DNA of 64,000 bases from positions 1 to 64,000 of IMG/VR virus record IMGVR_UViG_3300022204_000004, one strand, 5' to 3'. Below, one piece after another: positions 10,001 to 17,514 of the stretch. A program made the translations under genes and the position numbers. The notes below the pieces were generated by a model, which saw nothing but the letters and a program-made list of their open reading frames with translations, was not told where the DNA came from and searched no databases. Source of the stretch: a virus. Numbering within the stretch: position 1 is the stretch's first letter; every line of letters starts with the position of its first letter.

Positions 10001-12995
10001 TTTAGCCTATGTAAGAAATGAGTTTGAGCAAATGCCAAAAGAAATCCAAGAAAAGGTTATTCTGTATGATTTGGTCATGAACAAATGGGAGCCTGGTGAA
10101 AAAAACAAATCAATGTTTGCACTTTTCCCTGTTAAAGTTCAAAGACAAATCAATGACAATGCTGAAGCTTTTCAAAAATCTCAAAAAGATGGATTGAAAA
10201 CTATACCTCAACGTGTACTTGATGACGTTAATAGCATTTTAATGGATATTGAAGTAAATAGTGATAATACTAATTTAAAGAAAGTATTCATTAGGGAAAG
10301 TAAGTTGGACCAAATGGGAACTAACAGAGCCATTATACAAAGAATAATGGAAGCCGATCCCGACCTAAGAGAAAGGTTGGTCAACAACAAGTCTAGTTTT
10401 GTCTTTGAGGTAAGAACTCAAAACAAAAAAAACGAAACAGTCAAAAAGGAAATTTATAAATATCATCCACATCTTAGTGGAACTATTTCAAATGACCCTG
10501 ACTCGTTCAAGGAACGTTTTAAAAACCTTAAACGAATAGAAAGACTTGGGTTGCCAGAAATTGACACAAGACTTATAACTATTCAAGATAATCCTACTAC
10601 AGAAAACAAAATACCCCTTTTCAGTGAAGTAGTGGAAGAATCTAAAAAAAAAAGAATAGGTAGAGCCTATGTAGGCAATAGGGTAGGAACAGAGTATTTC
10701 CATTATCGAATGTTTGATCTTCTTTCAAGAGAAGAATATGACAATGCTCAAAAGTATTCTGTTCCTGTTTCTGAATTTAAGAAACAACAACTTTTCGAGA
10801 AATATGAAGCTGTAAAAGAAAGAGCAAATACATTTGCACGAAAACTTACACCTCAATATTTAAAAAGCCTTTCTACAAACGAGCTTTTGGAACTCTATAA
10901 CCAATGGGGAAATGAAGATATAGTTGCCTCAGCTGTTGTTCTTTGGCCTGTAACAGAAGAAGCTACCAAAAGATATTCAGCTGACCAATCAAGATTGACA
11001 GACAGATATGAAGATGGAAAAGACAGTGCTTTTCTTAAATCATGGTTTCAAGCAAATAACATTGATAGCAATCACCCAGCGACACAAGCTGCGGCTCGTA
11101 AAGTCGAAACAGAATTCAAGAAATTTGTCAATGAGAGAAAAATATATCTTAGAGAAATCAATGCTATTTCCAATAAGCTATATAAAGAAAAGCTAGGAAT
11201 AAACAGAACGGGATATAAACTGATAGACAACATACAAGCTACGTTTGTCTTATTGTTTAAAAACCGTAAAAATGTCTATGACAAACTTTATGGTGGAATT
11301 GTAGAGACAAAATTTGGAACTGATAGAGAGGGAAGACCTATTAAACGTATTCGTATGTTATCTGACAAAGAACTACAAGCAAAATTAAAAGCTGGTCAGA
11401 TCTCTGCAACAGAATATGAATTTGCAAGTACATTTAAAAAGATAACAAGGGAACTTCATCCCGCAAAATCTTTTGATTTCAATACACGTGGATTTGTTCC
11501 GGCTATTGCTCCAAATAGACTTGAAGCATTAGGCTCAAGAGGTTTATTGGGAATGATTACAAATGCCAAAGAACGTAGCCAAGCTGTTCACGATGTCTTT
11601 ATGAATTACAATGGAAACAAAGTAACTTTTAAATACATTGAAGACGAATTTAGAAATCAAGGTGGAAACAACTTTTCTAAAATTAAAGAATATGTGGCAC
11701 TGAAAGCCAAAGCAAACAAATTACTTAAAGCTGGTGTCAATGAAGATGGAAGCCCAATAGAGTCTTCAAAAGTTCATACAAACACGTTGTTAGGACAAGG
11801 AATGGTAAACCATTTTGCGGGAGAAGGATGGGTAAGAGCTGAAGACATGCTTTCCATGGACTTGAATAAAGCTTTGGTTGATTTTACACATTCATCGTTA
11901 TTTGTTACAGGAAACAAAAACTTTGAAGGGTTTAATAGACTGCAAATGCAAATCGACGGTCTTTATAATCACAATATTGCAAAAGGATATAATCAACAAG
12001 CAAAATTTGTAAAAGGTGTCTATAAAGAATATTTCTTAAAAGCAAAAAAAGAAACAACGAAAACCGATAGGGTTATCGATGCTCTTGTTAGAGGAAACCT
12101 TTTATATATTATGGGGTGGAAGCTTGTAGCTGTTGGGAAAGGAGCTTATATAGTTGGAAATGTTATTGTAGGTAAGTACAATAATATTAAAAATGAAAGC
12201 CCTATAAATTGGGTAAAAGGAGAGAAACGCTTTTGGGGATTGAACCCTAATGGTCCTTTTGGAACAAGAAAAGCGGCCAATGTGCTTGACAATCTTAACT
12301 ACATGGACATAAACCTTTATGACAATGTAAACATCGAAAGAAATTCAGGTCTTGATTCAATTATGGCTGACATAGCTATGATGCCTATGCAGTATTCTGA
12401 AAGATGGATTCAAGGAGTTCATTTCTTAGGATTGCTGACAGACGAGCAATGGAATAAATTTGATGATAATGGAAATTATAAGCCTGGCGTTGATCCGTTG
12501 ACCAATGAAGAAATTGCCGAGCTTGAAAATGAAGTGAAGAATGCACATGGTAAAGGTTATACACCTACTGACCAAAGATTGATCCAGCAGTACTCTTGGG
12601 GTAGAGCCATGATGCAATTTGCTAGATTTATACCAACAATGTACCATGATAGGTTTGCCAAAGAAGATATTGATATATACGGCAAACAGCATATCGGTAG
12701 CTTAAGAGTTGTTGGCGATTTAGTTTATAAAGTAGCAAGTGGACAGATAGCCCCTAAAGACATTCCAGCTTTTAGGAATAATATGACTCCTGAAATTCGC
12801 AAACGTTTTGATGCGGGTCTGAAAGGACTTGCTATGACTTCTCTAGCAATGTTTGTAGGTCAAGCCTACAATGTAGAAACTGCAAATGAACTTACAGGTG
12901 ATGCCAACTATGTTTTCAACACCGAAAAGCTTGAAAGGAAAATTTTCCCTTCTTTTGCAAGAACCATAATTAATTTATTTGGTGGATTGTTTTAA
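1098..12995 (+). CDS. Giant virion RNA polymerase polyprotein (crAss-like two-barrel RNAP) with a zincin-like motif
   Basis: 3965 aa. TTRIPHNG (RxP, ~aa 2411) is followed by IIGSDDDGDALF (DxDGD catalytic loop, nt 8442-8456). HEFAH (HExxH) at nt 4368-4382. Size and position convergent on the replication module match crAss-like phages. Confidence 0.85.
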   Translation: MPSILDLIQKNSQEESRQGQVDNSLNQKNNLQVDKEEPQEPEMSEGQKAYISKGYGSQDPVAKQNQGNTIELNPEEIEAGRNGEGQEPNQELGLTPDEIAQQRIAQIYTPLQYEASKNVLHDSPETWTPEYTQMGFITKTVKNLGKGIGEQVVGGFGDVAQFLNGPIPNMDIAEGNVISRFFQDIGQQMSDSMGEVYMLPEIRDPKFNLNTFMTPDFWSGHAAKLLPNMLEFIFLSHGASALAKGGAKRAAKRYATKNAGKVAKKGRQVSENIVEQVAKGADEILTEIPKTGKGVLGKLLTTRGGLTSFGEQAAQMVGGGFTMNTLVGLQNASELVNTERENGNYTNDEIAEMAALTMAHNMKWMGVDMISWGVTYTKGTGRGTRAINKLKHKIVPKGNASGKRFFGKDQQMIIGALSFNNRVKPVTKMLKRVAKAGGKPLFEGTEEMFQETWEEWSKKRAKEQVSGISDGYDESLGGYMDFFLSKENEATRTIAFALGAIGGSIGNTMNYINKAAEEEYKLANRSELIKHRVADNNRGALEVQQTALREILIDNMLSEDAIDNVEFIKTMEQYETVTPEEAEQMYAINEELQKDYASAEAMNIKGKATFLQAKSRIAINKQNIDTQQGLFKERIAGINEAVQDPRAKEKKIQEETEAHEKLIKALQTEVLFDEQNIENIILGKEAFESNTKTLRDENGNVIAVNLGKEAYDDYYNKTNEEILAEARKNRPKKEESKSFRERLKSFFSKEEEKKGEKPEDNIKVFKGMGDIFNQNPESEEGLGEEYSESVQKQEPLRQFTTSNIVEADKAYKDAFGKSALPENYEELSAEQKKAAIEEANASVDNFNQRLTKEKAKYTKENKPATTDETDDGFEATEDNEEATEEAPIELTQEQVEDIQKRFNVSISENKDGSLNISGDGDINGASNAINKILFPNGQTDESQAEQKTDQKTEPKAKPKEKTAEEKAEEQKLIEEELKNIYNENVLNTNTLEANLIEAIYGSTSDEEITQDEVDAYLSLSKMELTVGVTNLDRARVLNNHLKALFPDQKIQAYAFRNLVLALGGEQALGYALGSAILIDDKVWNQEDIYMHEFAHIYYAANPNSEEVKELISKARRNRKLIQGLYQDYKDDIKYEYTSGLNKGKTFYGRSKNNTDLKLMLDQNLAKELPEERQDIILEEAFVNMLQGPMSKKYSKYFDLKSESLRQARAKTFWGRVKARSERAKLTNKRLQEKLNEGTPNTFRSNEERIMSNFVESMKGKDVTSVGRRSAGRSYSIRQLQGQEKIKEMHNKEVKGLRALGTPLFDAVAQADLAREQKAQGVYEPDEDGPIINIDEDEPINPNMQVDDDALSLVEEAEINPYEKRYEYQETRIAKNISYFIEEENKRENRERLKSAEQGIPKGRRSPYKLKDFKDKLTQMAVEEPYYAEYVRSLVESENEQVKRFVKYMQDNNSSDWVSKLISAHFIFTNSVVVNTKTHMVGEKGDYISNIGLSTNEALNIENISGQIIKDEDIVAEAINRIKQSQDINVELTPEESKAIIYAYSNSYLEPDIMMSKDTLRIDGNNYSIEGGINYAVKKGYLDVQEDGDYLRLSRNTRFIEVLTESSRPYSSLSVIEGPSGNMMSSRMTNFLLNKLVAEVNQDLSQMSRDEFVKKHSLRPKDAQRAIRDAKSVGTKLGEAYLGSNELAARWWDNYHNLGIKPNITMDLGDINLINNIRTDFKNSTARQQMLNETLAFLSNYQEQTYDGSMDIFGDSSRKFGLSVPMYKEQLFNRDNTLTANGEVLLKNAYGIYLATRTKEDSPNYDDFMRQNPLISYDTFKNGFYKSVKTWKEYLTKNAVDFSSVTQFRNLYKTDKEGVVLHELTPMAEQQMNEFLYNRIINSFNIQQMFRPGISLDARVKRNKTLIAPVMALHKNLRPEKIFVPNEYKYRDGRMVQNDSGQFILSSVGDAIRKRTNGSLDLGHGFKLYSGAIERDNPNWQGQSIMMKGYTTELNDENTRPGGSQQAHRPYYEILIAQKEKFIKWWKEQPQNEGRDYIEEDIFLEDPNSLNPVYMGIITPVTAEKAELLTRKNIEGINAFGTLDQLGTKTGRLVYEKILDKMYYSKGQYIGTNGSNFGPQQVMDKENNRAKFSIQAMSSPLVNQKGDKLKRALKAQEYLRQQKMKVLRKKILSKIEGPWDQAFTKLIIDTANLKDSDAFSILQFIDKNINALPYSPATGTWSLDQIRKLIINNGNNLTVDGTYGQTISDLGYTFTNKQGEPRFSARGDSDGNALQDSTVKRRGRLQGYRVGIDGRTIAFEGLLPQSQQKSGVRARELFDVSTLGNAKTAKAAVTAKLNNDKELRNELGFRKQVVDERTALTKKTAEISNYGTPKVAENFENLSDFVEQFKYYDEDGNVAGYYIPGENVLTTRIPHNGPAFMGVMEVVGFTTSGASSIVVPSEYKNIIGSDDDGDALFVYRKSQSEFYSDWNKAFDIMVDQWLSPEMRETLDTELDFEEDTNLSLDIINAELESNQPLKDLIATYQASEQTEEDKKAYKEGRKNVVKNQEFQIPFGVEEFESNFNNSVVSRSTVGIAFQATRAMNQIAPYRPRLHVRSKEGVASPVEITLRGGRQVGRQTSKGLITDRGSGKTSRVQKNTVQGNRVLDSTKNKHADGLYYNPATIMSAVILEAVGFSTEAVGLLMNHPISKKYYSELLDSRNGYIPRQSEQQVIKKLRLENKVLNEEYYKNRASFEIQLFSPKSPEYRSEANEAQIIQLLSWLHKVSNDFSKINNITNGHKDISRNPIVLEQQIDALKKFINNQDETSTIIFEEREPELSISNNPELNSYLDVAQEFIKIQKRINLVFNDNVRSVLDFVKAEITIGDLTNTQIEHFTELLKPFLYSRFLGINNIPSKTIQAMFSKNGSKKLNIVQDINDYFEELEDETYNDTGSDNALKRSVLWNDAILRSGTSISLKPGFINNALTAEDLAYVRNEFEQMPKEIQEKVILYDLVMNKWEPGEKNKSMFALFPVKVQRQINDNAEAFQKSQKDGLKTIPQRVLDDVNSILMDIEVNSDNTNLKKVFIRESKLDQMGTNRAIIQRIMEADPDLRERLVNNKSSFVFEVRTQNKKNETVKKEIYKYHPHLSGTISNDPDSFKERFKNLKRIERLGLPEIDTRLITIQDNPTTENKIPLFSEVVEESKKKRIGRAYVGNRVGTEYFHYRMFDLLSREEYDNAQKYSVPVSEFKKQQLFEKYEAVKERANTFARKLTPQYLKSLSTNELLELYNQWGNEDIVASAVVLWPVTEEATKRYSADQSRLTDRYEDGKDSAFLKSWFQANNIDSNHPATQAAARKVETEFKKFVNERKIYLREINAISNKLYKEKLGINRTGYKLIDNIQATFVLLFKNRKNVYDKLYGGIVETKFGTDREGRPIKRIRMLSDKELQAKLKAGQISATEYEFASTFKKITRELHPAKSFDFNTRGFVPAIAPNRLEALGSRGLLGMITNAKERSQAVHDVFMNYNGNKVTFKYIEDEFRNQGGNNFSKIKEYVALKAKANKLLKAGVNEDGSPIESSKVHTNTLLGQGMVNHFAGEGWVRAEDMLSMDLNKALVDFTHSSLFVTGNKNFEGFNRLQMQIDGLYNHNIAKGYNQQAKFVKGVYKEYFLKAKKETTKTDRVIDALVRGNLLYIMGWKLVAVGKGAYIVGNVIVGKYNNIKNESPINWVKGEKRFWGLNPNGPFGTRKAANVLDNLNYMDINLYDNVNIERNSGLDSIMADIAMMPMQYSERWIQGVHFLGLLTDEQWNKFDDNGNYKPGVDPLTNEEIAELENEVKNAHGKGYTPTDQRLIQQYSWGRAMMQFARFIPTMYHDRFAKEDIDIYGKQHIGSLRVVGDLVYKVASGQIAPKDIPAFRNNMTPEIRKRFDAGLKGLAMTSLAMFVGQAYNVETANELTGDANYVFNTEKLERKIFPSFARTIINLFGGLF

Positions 12996-13008
12996 ATAAA
13001 CTGTTGTT

Positions 13009-13043
13009 AAAAAGCCCTCTAGTTAATTCTAAAGGGCTTTTTT
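13009..13043. terminator. Bidirectional intrinsic terminator between the RNAP gene and the replication module
   Basis: AAAAAGCCCT...AGGGCTTTTTT hairpin with A/T tracts on both sides, between convergent genes. Confidence 0.85.
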
Positions 13044-13048
13044 GTTTG

Positions 13049-13549
13049 TTATATACTAACAAGTTGAAGATTTTCTAAACATTCTTTTTTGATTTCTTCA
13101 GACATTAGTTCAGGATATTTAAACTTATTGCCCAAAGACTGTTCCATAGTGGTCGTTTCATCTGACCAACCTTGAAACTTATTGTCAAATAGAAGAACAT
13201 GTTTTTTGGTTTCAAGTTCATTCATAATGAATTTTAAACCCATAGGTGTTATTCTCCAAACTCCACTTGATTTTCTTATATCATCTTTTTCTATTTTTTC
13301 TTCAAGAAATCCCCAATGTCTTAAAAGAGTCCAATCGTGATTGTTTTGAAATCCTTGTTCTCTTAAAAATGATTTGACATTGACATAACTGAATTTGTTA
13401 TATTTCCAAATCTGATATAATGTTATTGCCATACCGGAATTAAGTTTCCGTTTGTAGAGTTTGACAAATTGACCACAGCACTCACAATGACTGCCTTTAA
13501 TAAAATTAATCCTTAAGCTTTGTTTAGCTTCTTTTAATGTGCGTTCCAT
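13049..13549 (-). CDS. Putative winged-helix DNA-binding protein with N-terminal CxxC
   Basis: CECCGQ...LRHWGFLEE...GVWRITPMG pattern. Start moved to MERTL, which follows an A-rich leader. Confidence 0.5.
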   Translation of the reverse strand: MERTLKEAKQSLRINFIKGSHCECCGQFVKLYKRKLNSGMAITLYQIWKYNKFSYVNVKSFLREQGFQNNHDWTLLRHWGFLEEKIEKDDIRKSSGVWRITPMGLKFIMNELETKKHVLLFDNKFQGWSDETTTMEQSLGNKFKYPELMSEEIKKECLENLQLVSI

Positions 13550-13584
13550 AATTTTTCTGATTTTTAAAGGTATTACTACCATGA

Positions 13585-13698
13585 TTAATAATTGGTTCCA
13601 AATAATATTAAAAGTGATATAATAATAACACTAATAATAAAAGAGAATAAAACATTACTTATTTCATGTCTCCAAAGTTTCTTTATTAATTTTTTCAT
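13585..13698 (-). CDS. Small single-TM protein (37 aa)
   Basis: Read by hand: MKKLIKKLWRHEISNVLFSFIISVIIISLLILFGTNY*. Confidence 0.6.
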   Translation of the reverse strand: MKKLIKKLWRHEISNVLFSFIISVIIISLLILFGTNY

Positions 13699-13708
13699 AT
13701 CTATTGTT

Positions 13709-13897
13709 TTAGTAGTTAAATATTTCAATAATAGCAATCGTTATAAAACTACTTAAAAAGATAAAAGCAAATATTACGCTTAATACAGCAGATATATCTT
13801 CTTCTTTTTTTGTTTTACATCCATTTGCACATATTAAACCAAATGCCATAAATCCCATCGCACTAAATAATATTATTAATACAAGTATATTTTCCAT
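13709..13897 (-). CDS. Small two-TM membrane protein (62 aa)
   Basis: Two hydrophobic segments; preceded by the junction repeat. Confidence 0.7.
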   Translation of the reverse strand: MENILVLIILFSAMGFMAFGLICANGCKTKKEEDISAVLSVIFAFIFLSSFITIAIIEIFNY

Positions 13898-13899
13898 AT

Positions 13900-14076
13900 C
13901 TATTGTTTTAGTAGTTGAATAATTATAAATATTGGGAAAAACAGAGGTATTACAATATGTTCCATAAGAACAACTACAAACCTTTGTTCTTCATTTTCTG
14001 CAGGATAAGGATATTTACAATGCACATAATATCCATAAGCTTGTCCAAGAACAATATAAAGTATTAGCCAAATCAT
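13900..14076 (-). CDS. Small two-TM membrane protein (58 aa)
   Basis: Read by hand: MIWLILYIVLGQAYGYYVHCKYPYPAENEEQRFVVVLMEHIVIPLFFPIFIIIQLLKQ*. Confidence 0.65.
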   Translation of the reverse strand: MIWLILYIVLGQAYGYYVHCKYPYPAENEEQRFVVVLMEHIVIPLFFPIFIIIQLLKQ

Positions 14077-14078
14077 AT

Positions 14079-14237
14079 CTATTGTTTTCGCTTTTTTCGA
14101 GACCTAATATTTTCAGCCCATTTTGTTAGTTCATCGCTTACGCCAAAACAGATGCGTATCCAATCTATTGCTATTTTTAAAATGATTAAAAACATTGCAG
14201 AACCTATAATAATTAATGCGATTTGAATACCTATCAT
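14079..14237 (-). CDS. Small single-TM protein (52 aa)
   Basis: Read by hand: MIGIQIALIIIGSAMFLIILKIAIDWIRICFGVSDELTKWAENIRSRKKRKQ*. Confidence 0.65.
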   Translation of the reverse strand: MIGIQIALIIIGSAMFLIILKIAIDWIRICFGVSDELTKWAENIRSRKKRKQ

Positions 14238-14239
14238 AA

Positions 14240-14527
14240 TTATTTGGATTTGATTTTTTCGTATAACTTCATATATAACATCATCAAATGATATGTTAGA
14301 TACTTTTGGTCAAAAGGAAGCTCAGCCGACCTTTTTAATTTTCTACGACCATCAGTACCTATAAATTCTAGTTCTATCGTTACCATACTGTTCTTTGAAG
14401 ATTCAAGAACGATAGGATAACATTTAATTCCTTTGGACAAGCATACGCTCATCGCTCGGAACTCTTCCTTGCTAGGACTATAATTGATTTTCATTTTATC
14501 AATCAAATGATCACTTTTGCTTCGCAC
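14240..14527 (-). CDS. Hypothetical protein
   Basis: Tightly packed in the leftward operon; the start may be the internal MKINY. Confidence 0.6.
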   Translation of the reverse strand: MRSKSDHLIDKMKINYSPSKEEFRAMSVCLSKGIKCYPIVLESSKNSMVTIELEFIGTDGRRKLKRSAELPFDQKYLTYHLMMLYMKLYEKIKSK

Positions 14528-15194
14528 TATAGGTATTTTTAAGAAGGTTTTCTATATAGGTTTTTCTTTTCAAGACATATTGTTCCATGCTCTGAATAGG
14601 AAACCTAATTCTTCTTTGTTGTCCTCCGCCATCTGTCAAAAGATAGCGTTGAGGAACAAAGGTCTTGCAAAACAAAGCCACAGTATAACCTGCTCCAGCC
14701 ATAGGAATAGGAATGACCTTATTTATATATCTACGATACCTTTCCCAAATAATCCTTTGTTTGATAGGAAAAGAAACCGCAGAACTGACCTTGCCCCCTT
14801 TTTGTTGAACAGCCGAAATAGGCTTAACATCTACATAAGAGACAACTTCAGGAGGAAAACCCTCTTTCAATACCGATTGGTGTGCTATAAAAACAGGCTT
14901 TCCAAACGAAAATATGCTACCCTCAAGCACCTCTTCATAAAAAAGGTACTCCGCAGTTGTTGCCCATACAATGATATAATCGTAAGTATAGGTTATCTGA
15001 TTGAACAGATTAAAATCCTCTACTTCCTTTTCCTTTCGCTTAAATCGTTTATAACGACCATAAGTTGCCGGACCTATAACAGAGATTGTTTCGGGCTCTC
15101 TCTTATAGTATTTAATATATCCTGCTTGCTGCATTTGGTTTAGCCACCATTGAAAATAGTCCTCAATAGTGTTGGTTTCCGTTTTTTTAGCCAT
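14511..15194 (-). CDS. PD-(D/E)XK-type nuclease (DUF1064-like)
   Basis: ITYTYDY...YVDVKP motif spacing typical of YTxDF...VDVKG nucleases. Confidence 0.55.
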   Translation of the reverse strand: MAKKTETNTIEDYFQWWLNQMQQAGYIKYYKREPETISVIGPATYGRYKRFKRKEKEVEDFNLFNQITYTYDYIIVWATTAEYLFYEEVLEGSIFSFGKPVFIAHQSVLKEGFPPEVVSYVDVKPISAVQQKGGKVSSAVSFPIKQRIIWERYRRYINKVIPIPMAGAGYTVALFCKTFVPQRYLLTDGGGQQRRIRFPIQSMEQYVLKRKTYIENLLKNTYSAKQK

Positions 15195-15198
15195 ATTC

Positions 15199-16224
15199 TT
15201 AACTTAAGTAATCAGTTGCTTTTGTTTGTAATTGGGTTAAATAATCAATCAATTCTTTCTTAATAATCCCTTCTCTTGGTTCTGCTGGGTTCAGATTTGA
15301 AATGCTTTCTATAGCATCATCAAGAATATCTGAAATAGCATTACTAAAGTAATCAGGATTTTCCTGAGTTATTGACGGAGCCACAAAAGATATCCCCGAT
15401 TCATTAACTTCAATATCCATTAGATCCACTGGCTTTGGTGGTGGTGGCAATGGTGGAGCTGAAGAAAGGTCAGGCTTAGAAAAAGCCATTTCCAAAATAG
15501 CAATAGAACTATCTATATTTCTATAGAATGTCTTTTTGATTTCTTCAGCTTGGTCTTCCAACAACAATGCAATATCATCATCATTAAAAGTATATCCTTG
15601 AATTTTAAGCTCTTTTAAAGCCTCTATCTGTTTTGATAAAGCTTCCTTTGAAAAGGTTTGTGCTTTCTCTACAGCATCGGGAACAAAAGAATTCAGTTCA
15701 GCATCAATACGCATTTTAGCGTTCATACGAGCCATTACAAGTTGTTGTTGTATTGTTTCGTCTGATAACTGCTCAATCTTTTCGATTGTAGCCTTGTTCT
15801 TTCTGTCCTCACGCTCTTGTTTCAAACGAGCTTCTTCTTCAATATATGGCTTAAATTCTTCCAATAAAGCCTCAAGAACATCTGTAGCTCTGCCTACAAA
15901 CGTCTTTTCTATAGTATCAAGCTTTTTACCTGTTTCCAATATTGGTTTCTTTAATGCTGATTTAGCACGCTTGGTACTTGCCCTAAAAGATTTAATAACT
16001 TTTGAAGCGTCCTTATACTGTTGTATAGTTTCCGGATCTTCTTCATTGTATTTAATATCCTTGAAGCCTTCAATGGTTATCATTGTTTCTACTAAAGGAT
16101 TGAACAGTTGAAGTTTTTCAACATTCAATTCCTTGCTCAAATCCTTTATAAGTTTTTGAGTCGGTAACGATAGGTGTTTCATAGATTTCTCGTCTATCAC
16201 CGTTAATTCTAATGTTTCTGACAT
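15199..16224 (-). CDS. Coiled-coil recombination-associated protein (DUF1351-like)
   Basis: Helical, with 'RAKSALKKPILETGKKLD' segment; lies next to the exonuclease and SSB. Confidence 0.45.
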   Translation of the reverse strand: MSETLELTVIDEKSMKHLSLPTQKLIKDLSKELNVEKLQLFNPLVETMITIEGFKDIKYNEEDPETIQQYKDASKVIKSFRASTKRAKSALKKPILETGKKLDTIEKTFVGRATDVLEALLEEFKPYIEEEARLKQEREDRKNKATIEKIEQLSDETIQQQLVMARMNAKMRIDAELNSFVPDAVEKAQTFSKEALSKQIEALKELKIQGYTFNDDDIALLLEDQAEEIKKTFYRNIDSSIAILEMAFSKPDLSSAPPLPPPPKPVDLMDIEVNESGISFVAPSITQENPDYFSNAISDILDDAIESISNLNPAEPREGIIKKELIDYLTQLQTKATDYLS

Positions 16225-16226
16225 AA

Positions 16227-17033
16227 TTATTTCTGATTTTTAATTAAACGTAATGTATCAAAGGCATGTTTGTATTTAGAAAGAAAATGTTCCCCTCTAT
16301 TGCCTCTTAATTTTAATAAATTCCAAGCTTCTACAAAACAATCCAAACCCTCTACGAGTCCATGATTCTTCATATAGGCTGTTAATACAGTGTGCCCCAT
16401 AGTCTTAACATTTATATTTGTTAATAAATTGGCCGCACCTACTGGTCCACAGGCTTTTAAACCGCTTATGTTATCAACACTGTCACCTGTTAACATTTGG
16501 GTCATTAGAAAAGAGAAAGCATCTGCTTTACTTACCTCTAAAAACCTTTCTTCTTTAATGTCAAAATGAGTACCTGGTATCTGTAAAAGGTCTTTATCCT
16601 TTGACCAAATAAAGGTTTCTTCATCTTGTAACATTGAAAGAACATCATCAGCTTCCAAGTCTTTGAACTGTAGTGAGGGAAATCGTTCCCTAATGTATTT
16701 GACCACTTCTTGCTTATCTAAAAGCTCTTGTGGATATTTAGGAACATAAGTCCTATTGCCTTTATACTTTTTATCAAAAGCTATATAGCTTCTGAAAGTA
16801 TATTCAGCGGGTCCTGAAAAGCAAAACAAATAACCTTTAGCTTTTACCGTATTCAAAATATGGTCTATTCTTTCTTTAGTGAATTTGTGAACCATATTCT
16901 CATAGATATAGGCTTCCTTGTTATTTTGAGCTTTCATTACACTATCGACAACCAAATATTTGATATAATCAGCATCTACAAGTGCAATCTTGTCTGTCTC
17001 GATAATCTGTTTTGTTGGTGCAACTATTTCCAT
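16227..17033 (-). CDS. 5'-3' exonuclease / flap endonuclease (T7 gp6/T5 D15-like)
   Basis: LVDADY, KYKGNR, EADDV, SKDKDL, QMLTGDSVDNISG motifs. Confidence 0.9.
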   Translation of the reverse strand: MEIVAPTKQIIETDKIALVDADYIKYLVVDSVMKAQNNKEAYIYENMVHKFTKERIDHILNTVKAKGYLFCFSGPAEYTFRSYIAFDKKYKGNRTYVPKYPQELLDKQEVVKYIRERFPSLQFKDLEADDVLSMLQDEETFIWSKDKDLLQIPGTHFDIKEERFLEVSKADAFSFLMTQMLTGDSVDNISGLKACGPVGAANLLTNINVKTMGHTVLTAYMKNHGLVEGLDCFVEAWNLLKLRGNRGEHFLSKYKHAFDTLRLIKNQK

Positions 17034-17218
17034 CTTTTGTTTTTATATATTATGATTTCAAATACAATAATCACTAAAGGCCATAACAGAACATCTACAA
17101 AAAACATAAGCACGTTGTACCATTGTTTATTTGTATCGACAGTCGTTATGGAGTGAAAATAAAGTCCACAAGCTACATACAAGAGAACTATTGTTATAAA
17201 TCCATTTATACTTACCAT
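17024..17218 (-). CDS. Small two-TM membrane protein
   Basis: Two hydrophobic segments; overlaps its neighbours in operon fashion. Confidence 0.6.
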   Translation of the reverse strand: MVSINGFITIVLLYVACGLYFHSITTVDTNKQWYNVLMFFVDVLLWPLVIIVFEIIIYKNKRWK

Positions 17219-17514
17219 GGGCGTTTTTTATTAAAATAATAAAATGGTTTCTTTTCTTTCTTAACCTCTTGTCTTTCTACAACAGCAACCATTTTTCCTA
17301 TTGTAAAGATTTGTTTGCTCTGAAGTTGCTCTCGATTCATCAATGCAAAATATCCAACTATGGACATTGATTGAAAAATTCTCTGTCGTTTTTTGGATTT
17401 TGACCAAACTCTACCGAGCTGACCTACCAATATCATTGAACGTAGCATCATTTTAATAAAAAGGCAAGAGCCGAAACCCTTGCCTATTCTGACTTTATTA
17501 AAATTCAACCTCAT
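17212..17514 (-). CDS. Basic hypothetical protein
   Basis: Operon packing only. Confidence 0.5.
   Translation of the reverse strand: MRLNFNKVRIGKGFGSCLFIKMMLRSMILVGQLGRVWSKSKKRQRIFQSMSIVGYFALMNREQLQSKQIFTIGKMVAVVERQEVKKEKKPFYYFNKKRPW

Larger units (their letters stand above)
13696..14088 (-). repeat. Direct junction repeat AACTACTAAAACAATAGATATG (x2, 22 nt) / AAAACAATAGATATG (x3, 15 nt), each ending in a start codon
   Basis: + strand catatctattgttttagtagtt at 13696-13717 and 13895-13916; catatctattgtttt at 14074-14088. Confidence 0.9.

Noticed and set aside
13696-14088. Junction repeats as a mini CRISPR array
   Set aside because: The spacers are ~160-180 nt coding ORFs, the repeat is not palindromic, and there are no cas genes.
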